The translations under genes were made by a program, and so were the position numbers. A DNA stretch of 63,096 nucleotides from Patescibacteria group bacterium (GTDB taxonomy: Bacteria; Patescibacteriota; Minisyncoccia; Phycocordibacterales; Phycocordibacteraceae), in assembly GCA_018826905.1 (NCBI GenBank), contig JAHJYC010000001.1, forward strand, positions 1 to 63,096. The letters are read 5' to 3'. The number at the start of each line of letters is the position of its first letter. The stretch's first letter is position 1. Positions 9,780 through 18,935 of the stretch are shown here, in pieces. Under the pieces are notes generated by a model, which ran no database searches, was not told the DNA's origin, and was given only the letters and a program-made list of their open reading frames with translations.

Positions 9780-10253
9780 CTACAGCCTGAAGAGCTCTAT
9801 GATGCGATCAACAGGGGACTCTTCATGTTTTCCTTCTTCCACATGGTCTGCAAGGAACTCATAAAGTTCTTCGGGGTCTGGACCAACAATAGGAATTAAG
9901 AGATGTGGTGCAAGAATACGATGCGTTTTAAGAGAAAGCGCAGGAGGAAGTTCTGGGTCAATGTACTCAAGCATTGAGAAGGAAATAATGTGTTCATACT
10001 CATACACATTCTGATCAATCATGACCCCTTCGTCAGTAACACGAAAAACGTGTGTGCGCGGGTCTCTCGCTGTAGAGAGAGCAAGAGCACCAGAGGCAGC
10101 TGCAATTAAGAGGGCGAGGATAAGATTGCCGAAAAGAATACTTGCCACCATCCCCGCAACAGCGATGATGCCGAGCGCCCAATACCAGTCACTGCCTTTT
10201 TTTTCAAAGACATACTCCGGGGCTTCCCATTCAAAGAAAACAGCGCGTGCCAT
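9780..10253 (-). CDS. Conserved CPR membrane protein (2 TM + soluble domain)
   Basis: FEWEAPEY...SDWYW pattern common in Parcubacteria; start MARAV at 10253. Confidence 0.7.
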   Translation of the reverse strand: MARAVFFEWEAPEYVFEKKGSDWYWALGIIAVAGMVASILFGNLILALLIAAASGALALSTARDPRTHVFRVTDEGVMIDQNVYEYEHIISFSMLEYIDPELPPALSLKTHRILAPHLLIPIVGPDPEELYEFLADHVEEGKHEESPVDRIIELFRL

Positions 10254-10304
10254 AGGTATATGTATGATAGCACCAGCGCGTGTGCTTCTGTGCACACGAC
10301 ATGC

Positions 10305-11033
10305 TTAACGGAGAGTGGTTCCCTCAATACCTCCTTCGCGTAAAAAAGAGTGAATCTTTTTTCTTATTATCCATGAGTCCCATGCACGCGTAAGACCTTG
10401 CAGACTCGTTTTCTCTTTAGCGTGTGCAGTAACTGAGGTCTTATTTGTTACCTCTAGGGTTCCGTGAGGATTCATGAAAAGCGCAATCCAATAATCGTCA
10501 GGATTAGTGGTGAGTTCCAGTTTTTCCGTAAGGACCAAACCTTTTTTAAGTGCATGAATTGCTTTCTGCGTGTCTTTGGCATGAATGCCAAAACTTGCTC
10601 CCCACATCCAGTCAGTCGCTCGGAATCCTTGTGAAGAGCAAAAGAAATACCAGCGCCATGAGGCGAGTCGTGCATAGAGGGTGCCGGACATTTGGATCCA
10701 CGATCCGGCCATAACCATTCCAGGCTTCGCAAGAAGTCCTAAGAGGACTTCTGTCCAATTCTTAGCTGCGCACGCATCTCCATCAACACACAGCACAAGA
10801 TCTCCCTGGGCTTCTTCAAAACCCTTAATGCGTGCATAGGCTGAGCCTATGGGGCCGCTGTAGTGTATGACGCGCACAGGGTATCTTTCAGCGATTTCCT
10901 GTGTCCTGTCTGTTGAGTTGTGGGCAACGACAATAATCTCATCAGCAGGAAGCGTCTGAGTTTGTAGCGATTCTAGGCACGACGCAATATGTCGTTCTTC
11001 GTTGTGAGCAATAACAACGACTGAAATTTTCAC
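10305..11033 (-). CDS. Glycosyltransferase family 2
   Basis: ISVVVIAHNEE, EIIVV..NSTDRT, VDGD; GTG start at 11033 (the longer ORF runs through tRNA-Ser). Confidence 0.88.
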   Translation of the reverse strand: MKISVVVIAHNEERHIASCLESLQTQTLPADEIIVVAHNSTDRTQEIAERYPVRVIHYSGPIGSAYARIKGFEEAQGDLVLCVDGDACAAKNWTEVLLGLLAKPGMVMAGSWIQMSGTLYARLASWRWYFFCSSQGFRATDWMWGASFGIHAKDTQKAIHALKKGLVLTEKLELTTNPDDYWIALFMNPHGTLEVTNKTSVTAHAKEKTSLQGLTRAWDSWIIRKKIHSFLREGGIEGTTLR

Positions 11034-11037
11034 AATG

Positions 11038-11122
11038 CGGAGGAGGTGGGATTCGAACCCACGAGACCTTTCGGCCTGGCGGTTTTCAAGACCGCTCGTT
11101 TCGACCACTCACGCACTCCTCC
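11038..11122 (-). tRNA. tRNA-Ser(UGA), CCA not encoded
   Basis: GGAGGAG/CTCCTCC acceptor, GCGGT-CTTGAAA-ACCGC, long variable arm. Confidence 0.95.
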
Positions 11123-11129
11123 AAGAGTG

Positions 11130-11408
11130 TTATTTTTGCTCAACTCCCTCAACGTCAGGGATGAGCACTTGTTTGTCTTTCCTAAACCCAAGCAAGTAGA
11201 CAAGCTCCAATATGCCAAGGGTGTTGATGACAAGCAAGACAATGAACCAGAGCTTCTGTCCGTTACGGCCAGCATGCCAGAGTGCAAGTCCTTTAATTGC
11301 GAGTGACCAAACGGCCACAATAACAATAAGAGGGAAGAGGAAGGCGAGCCCGGCTCCTGAAAGGAACCCAACAGCCTCTCCTGATGCCTGGTATGTGTCT
11401 GGATTCAT
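11130..11408 (-). CDS. Small membrane protein, DUF5652-like
   Basis: WSLAIKGLALWHAGRNGQKLWFIVLLVINTLGILELVY. Confidence 0.75.
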   Translation of the reverse strand: MNPDTYQASGEAVGFLSGAGLAFLFPLIVIVAVWSLAIKGLALWHAGRNGQKLWFIVLLVINTLGILELVYLLGFRKDKQVLIPDVEGVEQK

Positions 11409-11458
11409 ATGCTCCCGGAGTGTAGCACGTGCTCCGTCTGGCGTGTAGGATGCAGAGT

Positions 11459-11857
11459 ATGAAGTACTTGGGTATTGATTTCGGCACTAAGAAAGTGGGC
11501 CTTGCGCTCTCAGATGATGCTGGTCAGATGGGATTCCCGCACGGCATACTCCCGAACAATGGATTTCTTATTGATGAGATTCTTTCATTGATAGAACGCA
11601 AAGGTGTGGGGGCTGTGGTGATGGGGGAGTCGCTAAACTTCCAGGGAGAAGAGAACCCTGTCGCAAAGGACGCGAAGGCATTCGCGGAGTTGCTTGAGCG
11701 ACGAGGAGAGATCATTGTCTTCTATGAACCTGAGATGCTCACGACACAAGAAGCACGAAGAGATTTTGAAGGGGTGCGCACAAACGGGCATTCCGTTGTA
11801 GACGCGTCGGCTGCCGCACTTATATTAACAAGCTATCTTTCACGAAATCATGGGTAA
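11459..11857 (+). CDS. ruvX: YqgF/RuvX pre-16S rRNA nuclease
   Basis: YLGIDFGTKKVGLALSD, E.LTT.EA, VDASAAALIL. Confidence 0.92.
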   Translation: MKYLGIDFGTKKVGLALSDDAGQMGFPHGILPNNGFLIDEILSLIERKGVGAVVMGESLNFQGEENPVAKDAKAFAELLERRGEIIVFYEPEMLTTQEARRDFEGVRTNGHSVVDASAAALILTSYLSRNHG

Positions 11858-12191
11858 GGAACAAATAACAATTGATGAGTTTGCAAAGATTCAGGTGCAG
11901 GTAGGAACAGTTGAAAGTGCTGAACGAGTGCCTGAGACAGACAAACTCCTCCGACTTATTGTTCAGTTTGGAGAAGAGTCAGGAGCGCGACAAATTGTAT
12001 CCGGTATCAATGCTTACGTAGAGAGCCCAGAGGAGCTCGTTGGAAAGCAGCTTGCCTTTGTTACAAACCTTGCGCCAAGAACGATCAAGGGACTTGAATC
12101 AAACGGCATGCTCTTCGCTGTTGGTAGTGACGACACCTTTGCATTCCTCACGCCAGACAGACCAGTACCACCAGGAACAGAAGCACATTAA
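11850..12191 (+). CDS. Stand-alone tRNA-binding OB-fold protein (MetRS C-terminal/Trbp111/CsaA-like)
   Basis: ITIDEFAK, DKLLRL, RQIVSGI, TNLAPRTIKGLESNGM. Confidence 0.9.
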   Translation: MGKEQITIDEFAKIQVQVGTVESAERVPETDKLLRLIVQFGEESGARQIVSGINAYVESPEELVGKQLAFVTNLAPRTIKGLESNGMLFAVGSDDTFAFLTPDRPVPPGTEAH

Positions 12192-12223
12192 AGCGTACAC
12201 ACGGTATACTGAGCGGTATTGAT

Positions 12224-13309
12224 ATGCCGAATGCTCTTTCACGAATAGCACGGATAGAATTTGCTCCGCCTAAATATCTTGCATTTCCAACTGCAGGTAT
12301 TGATATTTCTGCGAGCGGAGTGAAGCTAGCACTTCTTGAAGAACATCTTCATGGGCTAGAGCTTGCTGCGTATGGAGAAGAGCGCTTGCAGCCAGGAGCG
12401 GTAGTAGATGGAGAGATTCGCGATACAAAGGCAGTTGTTGCAGCAGTGCGAGCACTCACAAAAAAACACGGTATTAAGTTTGCGCATATTGCACTTTCAG
12501 AATCCAGAAGCTATTTGTTTGAGGCGAGTGTAGCAGGACGGACAAAGAGAAGCTGGCGCACCGCTATTGAGTCGCGACTAGACGAGTACGTACCGTTGCC
12601 TCCAGCTGAGGTTGCGTTTGATGTTGCGCCAACAGGGCCCATTGGCGAAGAGACGCACGTAGTTGGGGTAGGGTACGCGCGGAGGGTTATTGAAGAGTCT
12701 TTAAATACATTAGACCAGGCAGGAGTTGAGGTACGTTCAATTGAAAGCGAAACATTTGCAGTGCCGCGCGCGATGATGCCACATGGGGACCAAGAAACCG
12801 TGCTGATTATTGATATTGGTCGTACTACGACGAAACTCGTGGTTGTGAGTAGACGCGTTCCGCGTTTTGCAACAACGCTTGATATTGGCGGGCACGCACT
12901 CACGCTTGCCGTGCAGAAACATTTTGGGGTAACAGAGGACGAGGCAAAGCGTGTGAAAGCAGAACGAGGTCTCGTGAGCGCAGACGCAAATGATGAGTAC
13001 CTGTCTGCAATGCTCTCAACAGTGTCTGCAATTAGGGAGGAGATTGTGCATCGTCTTGAATATTGGCAGACGCACGCAGCGTCTACGTCAAATAATGAAC
13101 AGGTGACACGAGCGATTCTTGTAGGAGGGAACGCCACGGTGCGTGGGTTGCCTGAGTATCTTGAGACAAGTCTTAAAATACCAGTTGAACTTGGGGATGT
13201 GTTTACAAATCTTGCGTCGCGAGAAGAGTGGCTCCCGCCACTAGATTACTTGGAGTCACTCGCGTACTCAACAGCAATTGGGTTAGCTCTACGAGACTAT
13301 GTTGCCTGA
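12224..13309 (+). CDS. pilM: Type IV pilus assembly protein PilM
   Basis: GIDIS, IIDIG, IGG, LVGG actin-like motifs; YSTAIGLALR. Confidence 0.9.
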   Translation: MPNALSRIARIEFAPPKYLAFPTAGIDISASGVKLALLEEHLHGLELAAYGEERLQPGAVVDGEIRDTKAVVAAVRALTKKHGIKFAHIALSESRSYLFEASVAGRTKRSWRTAIESRLDEYVPLPPAEVAFDVAPTGPIGEETHVVGVGYARRVIEESLNTLDQAGVEVRSIESETFAVPRAMMPHGDQETVLIIDIGRTTTKLVVVSRRVPRFATTLDIGGHALTLAVQKHFGVTEDEAKRVKAERGLVSADANDEYLSAMLSTVSAIREEIVHRLEYWQTHAASTSNNEQVTRAILVGGNATVRGLPEYLETSLKIPVELGDVFTNLASREEWLPPLDYLESLAYSTAIGLALRDYVA

Positions 13310-13859
13310 ACTAACGAACCTTCTTCCTTCTGAGCGTGCACGCGGACTGCGGCAGCTCTACTTCTTCCGTCTCGCTACGGTAGGGATGTTGGTACTTTCA
13401 GGTGCCGCTATTATCCATGGAGTACTTTTGCTCCCATCTTTTTTGTATGCAAAGCAACAAGTTAAAGAAAAGGAGACCATTCTTGCGTCTTTAACCGCAA
13501 CCCTTGCAGGGAGCGAAGAGCGACAGGTGAGTGCACGCGTGAATAAACTTACACAGGACGCAACGTATCTCGCGCGTCTTAAAGATCGTCCTGCAGCAAG
13601 TACTGTTGTTGCGGCGTTCCTTGAAGTGCCTCGCACAGGAGTGCGCATGACCGGGTTTACGTTTACGGGCCCTGAAGAAGGGAAAGAAGCGCGAATGACC
13701 GTATCGGGAATAGCAGCGTCTCGCGAGAGCTTGCGACGTTTTGAGCAAGCACTCTCAGCTGAGCCATATGTAACTTCCACCGATCTTCCAATCAGTGCGT
13801 ATGCTAAAGAGAGCGATATTGATTTCACTATCACGCTCTCAGGAACTCTATTGCCATGA
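13299..13859 (+). CDS. pilN: PilN-like protein
   Basis: NLLP motif, single TM, position after pilM. Confidence 0.75.
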   Translation: MLPELTNLLPSERARGLRQLYFFRLATVGMLVLSGAAIIHGVLLLPSFLYAKQQVKEKETILASLTATLAGSEERQVSARVNKLTQDATYLARLKDRPAASTVVAAFLEVPRTGVRMTGFTFTGPEEGKEARMTVSGIAASRESLRRFEQALSAEPYVTSTDLPISAYAKESDIDFTITLSGTLLP

Positions 13860-14407
13860 AGCACATAACCTTTGTCCATCTCTCAGTTGCGCTCCTCCTT
13901 TTTATAGGGCTTGTGAGTGCGTATGGATTTTGGTACTCGCTTGTAGGTAAGGCGAGTGCTCAAGCAGCGGTTCTCTCTGAAGAGATCCACCAAAAGAGTC
14001 TGGAGTCTGGGCGCGTGGCCGCAGCAAGAAGAGCGCTCACTGTTCTCGCTGAAGACGAGGCGCAGGTACAGAAATATCTTATTTCTGAGAACAGTGTTGT
14101 GCCGTTTCTTGAAAGCTTGGAGAACACAGGGAAAGCGCTTGGTGCGTCTGTGTCAGTTGCCTCTGTTTCTGCAGAGACAAGCACAACACGGCCACACCTT
14201 AAACTCTCTCTTAAGATAACGGGTTCATTTGATTCAGTTTTGCGTACACTTGGCGCGATTGAATACGGTGCGTATGACAGCCAGCTTCTCACCACCACCT
14301 TTGATACGCCAAAGGTGAGTGACCCTGCTGCTCCCGCCGAGTGGACTGCGACAAGTGCGTTTGTTATTGGTATGCGGGCAGCATCAAGCACTACGCCTAC
14401 GTTATGA
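13856..14407 (+). CDS. pilO: PilO-like protein
   Basis: N-terminal TM, coiled coil, ITGSF...IE motif; synteny. Confidence 0.6.
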   Translation: MKHITFVHLSVALLLFIGLVSAYGFWYSLVGKASAQAAVLSEEIHQKSLESGRVAAARRALTVLAEDEAQVQKYLISENSVVPFLESLENTGKALGASVSVASVSAETSTTRPHLKLSLKITGSFDSVLRTLGAIEYGAYDSQLLTTTFDTPKVSDPAAPAEWTATSAFVIGMRAASSTTPTL

Positions 14408-14703
14408 AAATATCTCTAAACACAAAGGCACTTTTGAAGCATCTTTCGTATGGAGAGCATATTCGCCCTGCACGTGATTGGTTTACGTTACTTTCTGTGG
14501 CGGTATTCTTGAGCGCGTGCAGCCTTGCGTGGAACTTGTGGCTCCTGCATACGGTTAAATCAGGAGGCGTTATTGGATCAGAAACAGTAGACGCAACCTT
14601 TGACACAAGACCTATAGAGTCGGTGCAGGGAGTGTTTGAAGAGCGGCGAAATGAAGAGCTCCGCTTTACTCAGGAGTATCGCTTCGTTGACCCGTCTCGG
14701 TAA
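14404..14703 (+). CDS. Small membrane protein in pilP position
   Basis: ATGA overlap with previous gene; one TM; ends DPSR. Confidence 0.6.
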   Translation: MKISLNTKALLKHLSYGEHIRPARDWFTLLSVAVFLSACSLAWNLWLLHTVKSGGVIGSETVDATFDTRPIESVQGVFEERRNEELRFTQEYRFVDPSR

Positions 14704-14724
14704 TATCGCTAAGGTAGTGCACAG

Positions 14725-14796
14725 GCCCCTATAGCTTAATGGATAAAGCCGCGGACTTCTAAGCCGTTGATCTTGGTTCGATTCCAGGTGGGGGCA
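14725..14796 (+). tRNA. tRNA-Arg(UCU), CCA not encoded
   Basis: GCCCCTA/TGGGGGC acceptor, loop CTTCTAA. Confidence 0.92.
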
Positions 14797-14828
14797 CAGA
14801 CTAGTGCTAATCCAAATGACCGAGTTGA

Positions 14829-14851
14829 TCCGATAAGAAAATCTTATCGGA
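14829..14851. terminator. Hairpin between convergent tRNA and channel gene
   Basis: TCCGATAAGA-aaa-TCTTATCGGA. Confidence 0.55.
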
Positions 14852-14853
14852 CC

Positions 14854-15579
14854 TCATTCAACGTCCTTTGCAGAACCTGTGAGGGTTTTTCGCACAAGGG
14901 CGCCAATGATGCCGATGGTTAGGCCGAAAGAGATAAGCGCAGCAAATCTGACTAATATCATAGTGACTGTTCCTCCCGAAGTTTCAGGGAAAGGATGTTG
15001 CCTATCTCCAATCATTACTTGAAACGCCCAATACATGCCTTCTGGAATAGTTGACGCATTTCCATGTGATTCAAATGTATAGAGGAGTGTACCAAGAATC
15101 ACGATTGCCGTGAAAAGCAGTATTACGTAAATCTCAAAATTGATACCTAGAACGGCCTGACTACCCGTCTTCCTATCTGAAAATCGTGCGATCTTAAGAA
15201 GACGGAGAGTACGTAATGTTCTAAGGACGCGGGCAGTCCTCGCTGCTTTAAGGAAAGTGAGATTCGAAAACCCTAGGAGGGTTGGAACAATCGCGAGAAA
15301 GTCGATGATGCCGAAGAAACTGAACACGTATTTTGCTCTAGACTTACTTCCGTACACCCGAATCAGATATTCGGTGAGGAAAATCGCCACAGCAACATAC
15401 TCAACTATTAAAAATAGTGAGTGATATTGAAAGAATTCAGGAACCGTCTCAAGAATGACGGCAAGAACAGAGATCACTGTAACTACACCTAATGTGTAGT
15501 TTGTGAGTCGGAAATATGGATCCCGCGGACGTTCAAGTGCATTATATATGCCAGTAATCCAAGAAACTTTTTTCTTCAT
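14854..15579 (-). CDS. Voltage-gated ion channel-like protein (6TM, Ion_trans) with atypical pore
   Basis: S2 FLTEYLIR, S3 IIDFLAIVP, S4 RTARVLRTLRTLRLLKIAR. Confidence 0.85.
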   Translation of the reverse strand: MKKKVSWITGIYNALERPRDPYFRLTNYTLGVVTVISVLAVILETVPEFFQYHSLFLIVEYVAVAIFLTEYLIRVYGSKSRAKYVFSFFGIIDFLAIVPTLLGFSNLTFLKAARTARVLRTLRTLRLLKIARFSDRKTGSQAVLGINFEIYVILLFTAIVILGTLLYTFESHGNASTIPEGMYWAFQVMIGDRQHPFPETSGGTVTMILVRFAALISFGLTIGIIGALVRKTLTGSAKDVE

Positions 15580-15686
15580 TTTAAATAAACTATATCACTG
15601 AGTGCAATCACTACTGATCCGGTTATGTATAGTGGAAGCTACAATAATTGAAAGATGGGCCGCGATACACAGGGTACAGTAGAGAG

Positions 15687-16193
15687 ATGAATAGAAACAA
15701 TCTCATAGACGCCTTAAAGGAAATAAAGGTTCTGTACAAGGAGGGGGTGGTACTTCGTTCTGGAGAAGTATCCGATTTCTATTGTGATATCAAAAAGGCT
15801 TTTGGGTACCCAGAGATATTAACCATGCTTGCGGATGAAATAGGTAAGAAGATTCCTAAGTCCGCGACGTGCATTGCTGCCTCGGGATACGGAGGACTCC
15901 CTCTAGCTTCTGTAGTTGCGACTCGGAGCAATCTTAAGCTAGCGTTAGTGAGAAGTTCAGAAAAGGACCACGGGAAAGGAGGATTGATTGATGGGTATGT
16001 TCCAGCTAAAGATGACGTGTGCGTGATAGTAGACGATGTACTCACCTCAGGGAGTAGCATTAAAGAAACACTAGCTACGCTAACGTCTAAAGAGGTACGG
16101 GTAGTTTCTGCTGTAGTTGTGGTTAAGAGAAAGGAAACAGAGCTTCCCATTCCTTACTCCTTCCTGTTTACGATAGAGGATCTAACACGGTAA
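15687..16193 (+). CDS. pyrE: Orotate phosphoribosyltransferase
   Basis: LRSGEVSDFYCDIK, KDHG, IVDDVLTSGSS. Confidence 0.88.
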   Translation: MNRNNLIDALKEIKVLYKEGVVLRSGEVSDFYCDIKKAFGYPEILTMLADEIGKKIPKSATCIAASGYGGLPLASVVATRSNLKLALVRSSEKDHGKGGLIDGYVPAKDDVCVIVDDVLTSGSSIKETLATLTSKEVRVVSAVVVVKRKETELPIPYSFLFTIEDLTR

Positions 16194-16203
16194 TTGGTTC
16201 TTT

Positions 16204-16279
16204 TGGTGCGCGCTGAGGGACTTGAACCCCCGACCTTCCCGGTGTAAACGGGGCGCTCTACCAACTGAGCTAAGCGCGC
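16204..16279 (-). tRNA. tRNA-Val(UAC), CCA encoded
   Basis: GCGCGCT/AGCGCGC acceptor, loop TTTACAC. Confidence 0.95.
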
Positions 16280-16353
16280 GTAAAGCTACAGTAGCGCACA
16301 TTGCGAAAATTTTGAAGTAACCTCTCTGTGGGGAGGAGTGTTTTCATAAAAGT

Positions 16354-16632
16354 ATGCACAAAAGATTTGAGGCTATTGTTTCTGGAAGGGTTCAGCTTGT
16401 TATGTACAGAGACTTCGCCCAACGTAAGGCGAGAAGCCTCAAGCTCGTAGGAGAGGTGCGGAATCTCTCTGATGGAACTGTCTCAGTGGTGGCAGAAGGA
16501 GACCAGGAGGTACTTGAGCGATATCTACAACGTCTTCATCACGGACCATTGCTCGCACGAGTGGATGAGGTAAGTCCTGAGTGGAAGGAGGCAACGGGTG
16601 TGTTTAAAGATTTCTTGATCCGTTATGACTAA
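16354..16632 (+). CDS. acyP: Acylphosphatase
   Basis: VSGRVQLVMYR, GEVRNLSDGTV, GP. Confidence 0.92.
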   Translation: MHKRFEAIVSGRVQLVMYRDFAQRKARSLKLVGEVRNLSDGTVSVVAEGDQEVLERYLQRLHHGPLLARVDEVSPEWKEATGVFKDFLIRYD

Positions 16633-17305
16633 CGGGCCTAAGGCTATTGGAATCATAATGGATGGCAATCGCCGGTGGGCACGCGAGCGAGGACTCCCTA
16701 CGTTTGAAGGACATAAGATGGGAATAGAAAAAATAACAGAAGTATTTTCGTGGGCACAGGAGGTTGGGGTAGCGCAGGTAACTATATACGCATTCTCAAC
16801 GGAGAATTGGAAACGGGCGCCAGAGGAAGTGGCGTATCTTATGGAACTCTTTGAGAAGTTTTTTACAGAAAACCTTTCTAAGCTACAAGAGAAAGGAGGC
16901 CGTGTTCGCTTCATGGGAGATCGGTCTCTTGCTTCAAAGAAGACACAAGAGATTCTGGAAGAAGTTGAAGAGAAGACTGCCTTAGGAACAGCGGGAACAC
17001 TTGCTGTTGCCTTCTCTTACGGAGGGCGTCCTGAGATTCTTTCAGCGGTTAACTCTTTGTTAAAAGAAGGAAAGTCAGTGGTGAATGAAGAGGAGTTTGA
17101 AAGCGCACTTTGGACGGCTGGTCTTCAAGACCCAGACCTTATTCTAAGGACAGGAGGAGAACAGCGGCTTTCAAACTTTTTGGCGTGGCAGTCTGTGTAC
17201 AGTGAGCTGTTTTTCACTGCCACAAAGTGGCCAGCGTTCTCAAAGGAAGAGTTTATGAATATCTGCAGTACCTACGCAGAGCGTGAAAGAAGGCACGGGA
17301 AATAG
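16625..17305 (+). CDS. uppS: Undecaprenyl diphosphate synthase
   Basis: IMDGNRRWA, YAFSTENWKR, RTGGEQRLSNFL. Confidence 0.96.
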   Translation: MTNGPKAIGIIMDGNRRWARERGLPTFEGHKMGIEKITEVFSWAQEVGVAQVTIYAFSTENWKRAPEEVAYLMELFEKFFTENLSKLQEKGGRVRFMGDRSLASKKTQEILEEVEEKTALGTAGTLAVAFSYGGRPEILSAVNSLLKEGKSVVNEEEFESALWTAGLQDPDLILRTGGEQRLSNFLAWQSVYSELFFTATKWPAFSKEEFMNICSTYAERERRHGK

Positions 17306-17328
17306 TTCTTCGTGCTAGGGTGTGAGCA

Positions 17329-18054
17329 ATGGAACTCCCGGTTATATACGAAGATGATGATCTTGTGGCTATTAATAAGCCTGCGGGTGTTATGATGCAC
17401 CCAGACGGGCATTCGCTAGACGAGACAGCGAGTGAGTGGTTTGAGAAGGCATACCCAGATTCAGCAACCGTTGGAGAGACCCAACGACTCAAAGATGGAA
17501 CGGAGATTGCTCGTCCTGGAGTAGTACACCGACTAGATCGTGATACGTCTGGAGTACTGGTTTTTGCAAAAACTGCAGACTCGCACGCGCACCTAAAAGA
17601 GCTGTTTCAGAACAGAGAAGCGAAGAAGACCTATTTAGCGTTTGTATACGGAACCCTTAAGGAAGAGAAGGGAGTCATTGATTTTGCAATCGGGCGCTCT
17701 CGCAAAGACTTTAGGCTCAGAAGCGCACAGCCTAAGGCAAAGGGAATGATGCGTGATGCGCGCACTGCCTATGAAGTTGTGGGGAGTATTGGAACGCATA
17801 GTCTGGTTAAGGTGATGCCAGAGACAGGGAGGACTCATCAGATTCGCGTACATCTAAAGGCAATACATCACTCAGTTGTGTGTGATCCCCTGTATTCTCC
17901 AGGAAAACCTTGCGATCTGGGGCTCGCTTCTCTTGGACTACATGCCTACCAACTGGAGCTTCCTGGGAAGCCTCTCCTGATTGCACCAGTCCCTAAAAGC
18001 ATGCAAAAGGCGCTCGGGACATTTCCAGAGGGAGCCCAGTTCGTTGCTGAGTAG
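17329..18054 (+). CDS. RluA-family pseudouridine synthase
   Basis: NKPAG, HRLDRDTSG, TGRTHQIRVH, LHA. Confidence 0.94.
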   Translation: MELPVIYEDDDLVAINKPAGVMMHPDGHSLDETASEWFEKAYPDSATVGETQRLKDGTEIARPGVVHRLDRDTSGVLVFAKTADSHAHLKELFQNREAKKTYLAFVYGTLKEEKGVIDFAIGRSRKDFRLRSAQPKAKGMMRDARTAYEVVGSIGTHSLVKVMPETGRTHQIRVHLKAIHHSVVCDPLYSPGKPCDLGLASLGLHAYQLELPGKPLLIAPVPKSMQKALGTFPEGAQFVAE

Positions 18055-18081
18055 AACGGGCTGTGCTACAGTACCGCGGCA

Positions 18082-18627
18082 ATGAACGCTGTAATAACTC
18101 CAGTAAGAACTGAGGAGCGCACCAAGCTCGGCATCCGCCCGGGTGATACTGTGCGTGTCCATCAGAAGGTGGTAGAGAAGGGCAAGACTCGCCTTCAGGT
18201 ATTTGAGGGACTCGTGCTTGCGGTGAAGCACGGCACTGAGGCCGGAGCGACTTTTACGGTCCGCGCCACTATGTCAGGTGTTGGGGTAGAGAAGATCTTC
18301 CCACTATATTCCCCAGTTATAGATAAGATTGAGATTGTTCGCCGTTCTAAGGTCCGTCGTGCGAAACTCTACTTCATCCGTGAGAAGGTTGCTCGTGAAG
18401 TACGTCGCCAGCTTCGCAACATGCGCATGGTGAAACTTTCAACAGAAGATTTTAAAGAAGAGGAGAAGCTTGAGGTTAGTGAAGAGGGAAGTCCTGTAGA
18501 GGAAGTCGTTGAGGCAACACACGAAGAGTCTCCTGAGGTGGTGGCAGAATCAAACGAGGGAGAAGTAACTCCAGAGGAAGTTGCAGCTGAGGAGGTACGC
18601 AAAGAAGAGAAGGAGGAACAGGCGTAA
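18082..18627 (+). CDS. rplS: 50S ribosomal protein L19 with long acidic C-terminal tail
   Basis: [33 protein letters not shown]. Confidence 0.96.
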   Translation: MNAVITPVRTEERTKLGIRPGDTVRVHQKVVEKGKTRLQVFEGLVLAVKHGTEAGATFTVRATMSGVGVEKIFPLYSPVIDKIEIVRRSKVRRAKLYFIREKVAREVRRQLRNMRMVKLSTEDFKEEEKLEVSEEGSPVEEVVEATHEESPEVVAESNEGEVTPEEVAAEEVRKEEKEEQA

Positions 18628-18645
18628 GCCTTCAGGTTGTAAAAG

Positions 18646-18682
18646 CAAGACAGGCCCGCTATAGTAAGCGGGCTTTCTTGTT
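18646..18682 (+). terminator. Terminator after rplS
   Basis: GCCCGCT/AGCGGGC stem followed by TTTCTTGTT. Confidence 0.65.
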
Positions 18683-18699
18683 CTGCGAGGGAGACACCT

Positions 18700-18784
18700 G
18701 CCCAGGTGGTGAAATTGGTATACACGCATCCTTGAGGTGGATGTGCCGCAAGGCGTGGAGGTTCAAGTCCTCTCCTGGGCACCA
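18700..18784 (+). tRNA. tRNA-Leu(GAG), CCA encoded
   Basis: GCCCAGG/CCTGGGC, CATCC-TTGAGGT-GGATG, variable arm. Confidence 0.95.
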
Positions 18785-18823
18785 ATGATGAGCCAGTACG
18801 AGTGCGTGCTGGCTCATCATTTT
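18784..18823 (+). terminator. Long hairpin/terminator after tRNA-Leu
   Basis: AATGATGAGCCAGTACG-agtg-CGTGCTGGCTCATCATT then TT. Confidence 0.7.
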
Positions 18824-18852
18824 GAGTAAATCGTGCTATAACCCAGATACAT

Positions 18853-18925
18853 GGCGGCTATGGTGTAACGGTTAACACTACAGATTGTGGTTCTGTCAAT
18901 TCGGGTTCGATTCCCGGTAGCCGCC
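18853..18925 (+). tRNA. tRNA-His(GUG) with G-1:C73
   Basis: 8-bp acceptor GGCGGCTA/TAGCCGCC, loop TTGTGGT; followed by CCCA. Confidence 0.95.
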
Positions 18926-18935
18926 CCCAGAATAT

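Noticed and set aside
11034..11108. GT2 ORF starting inside tRNA-Ser
   Set aside because: The extension is tRNA sequence; the GT2 motif begins at GTG 11033.
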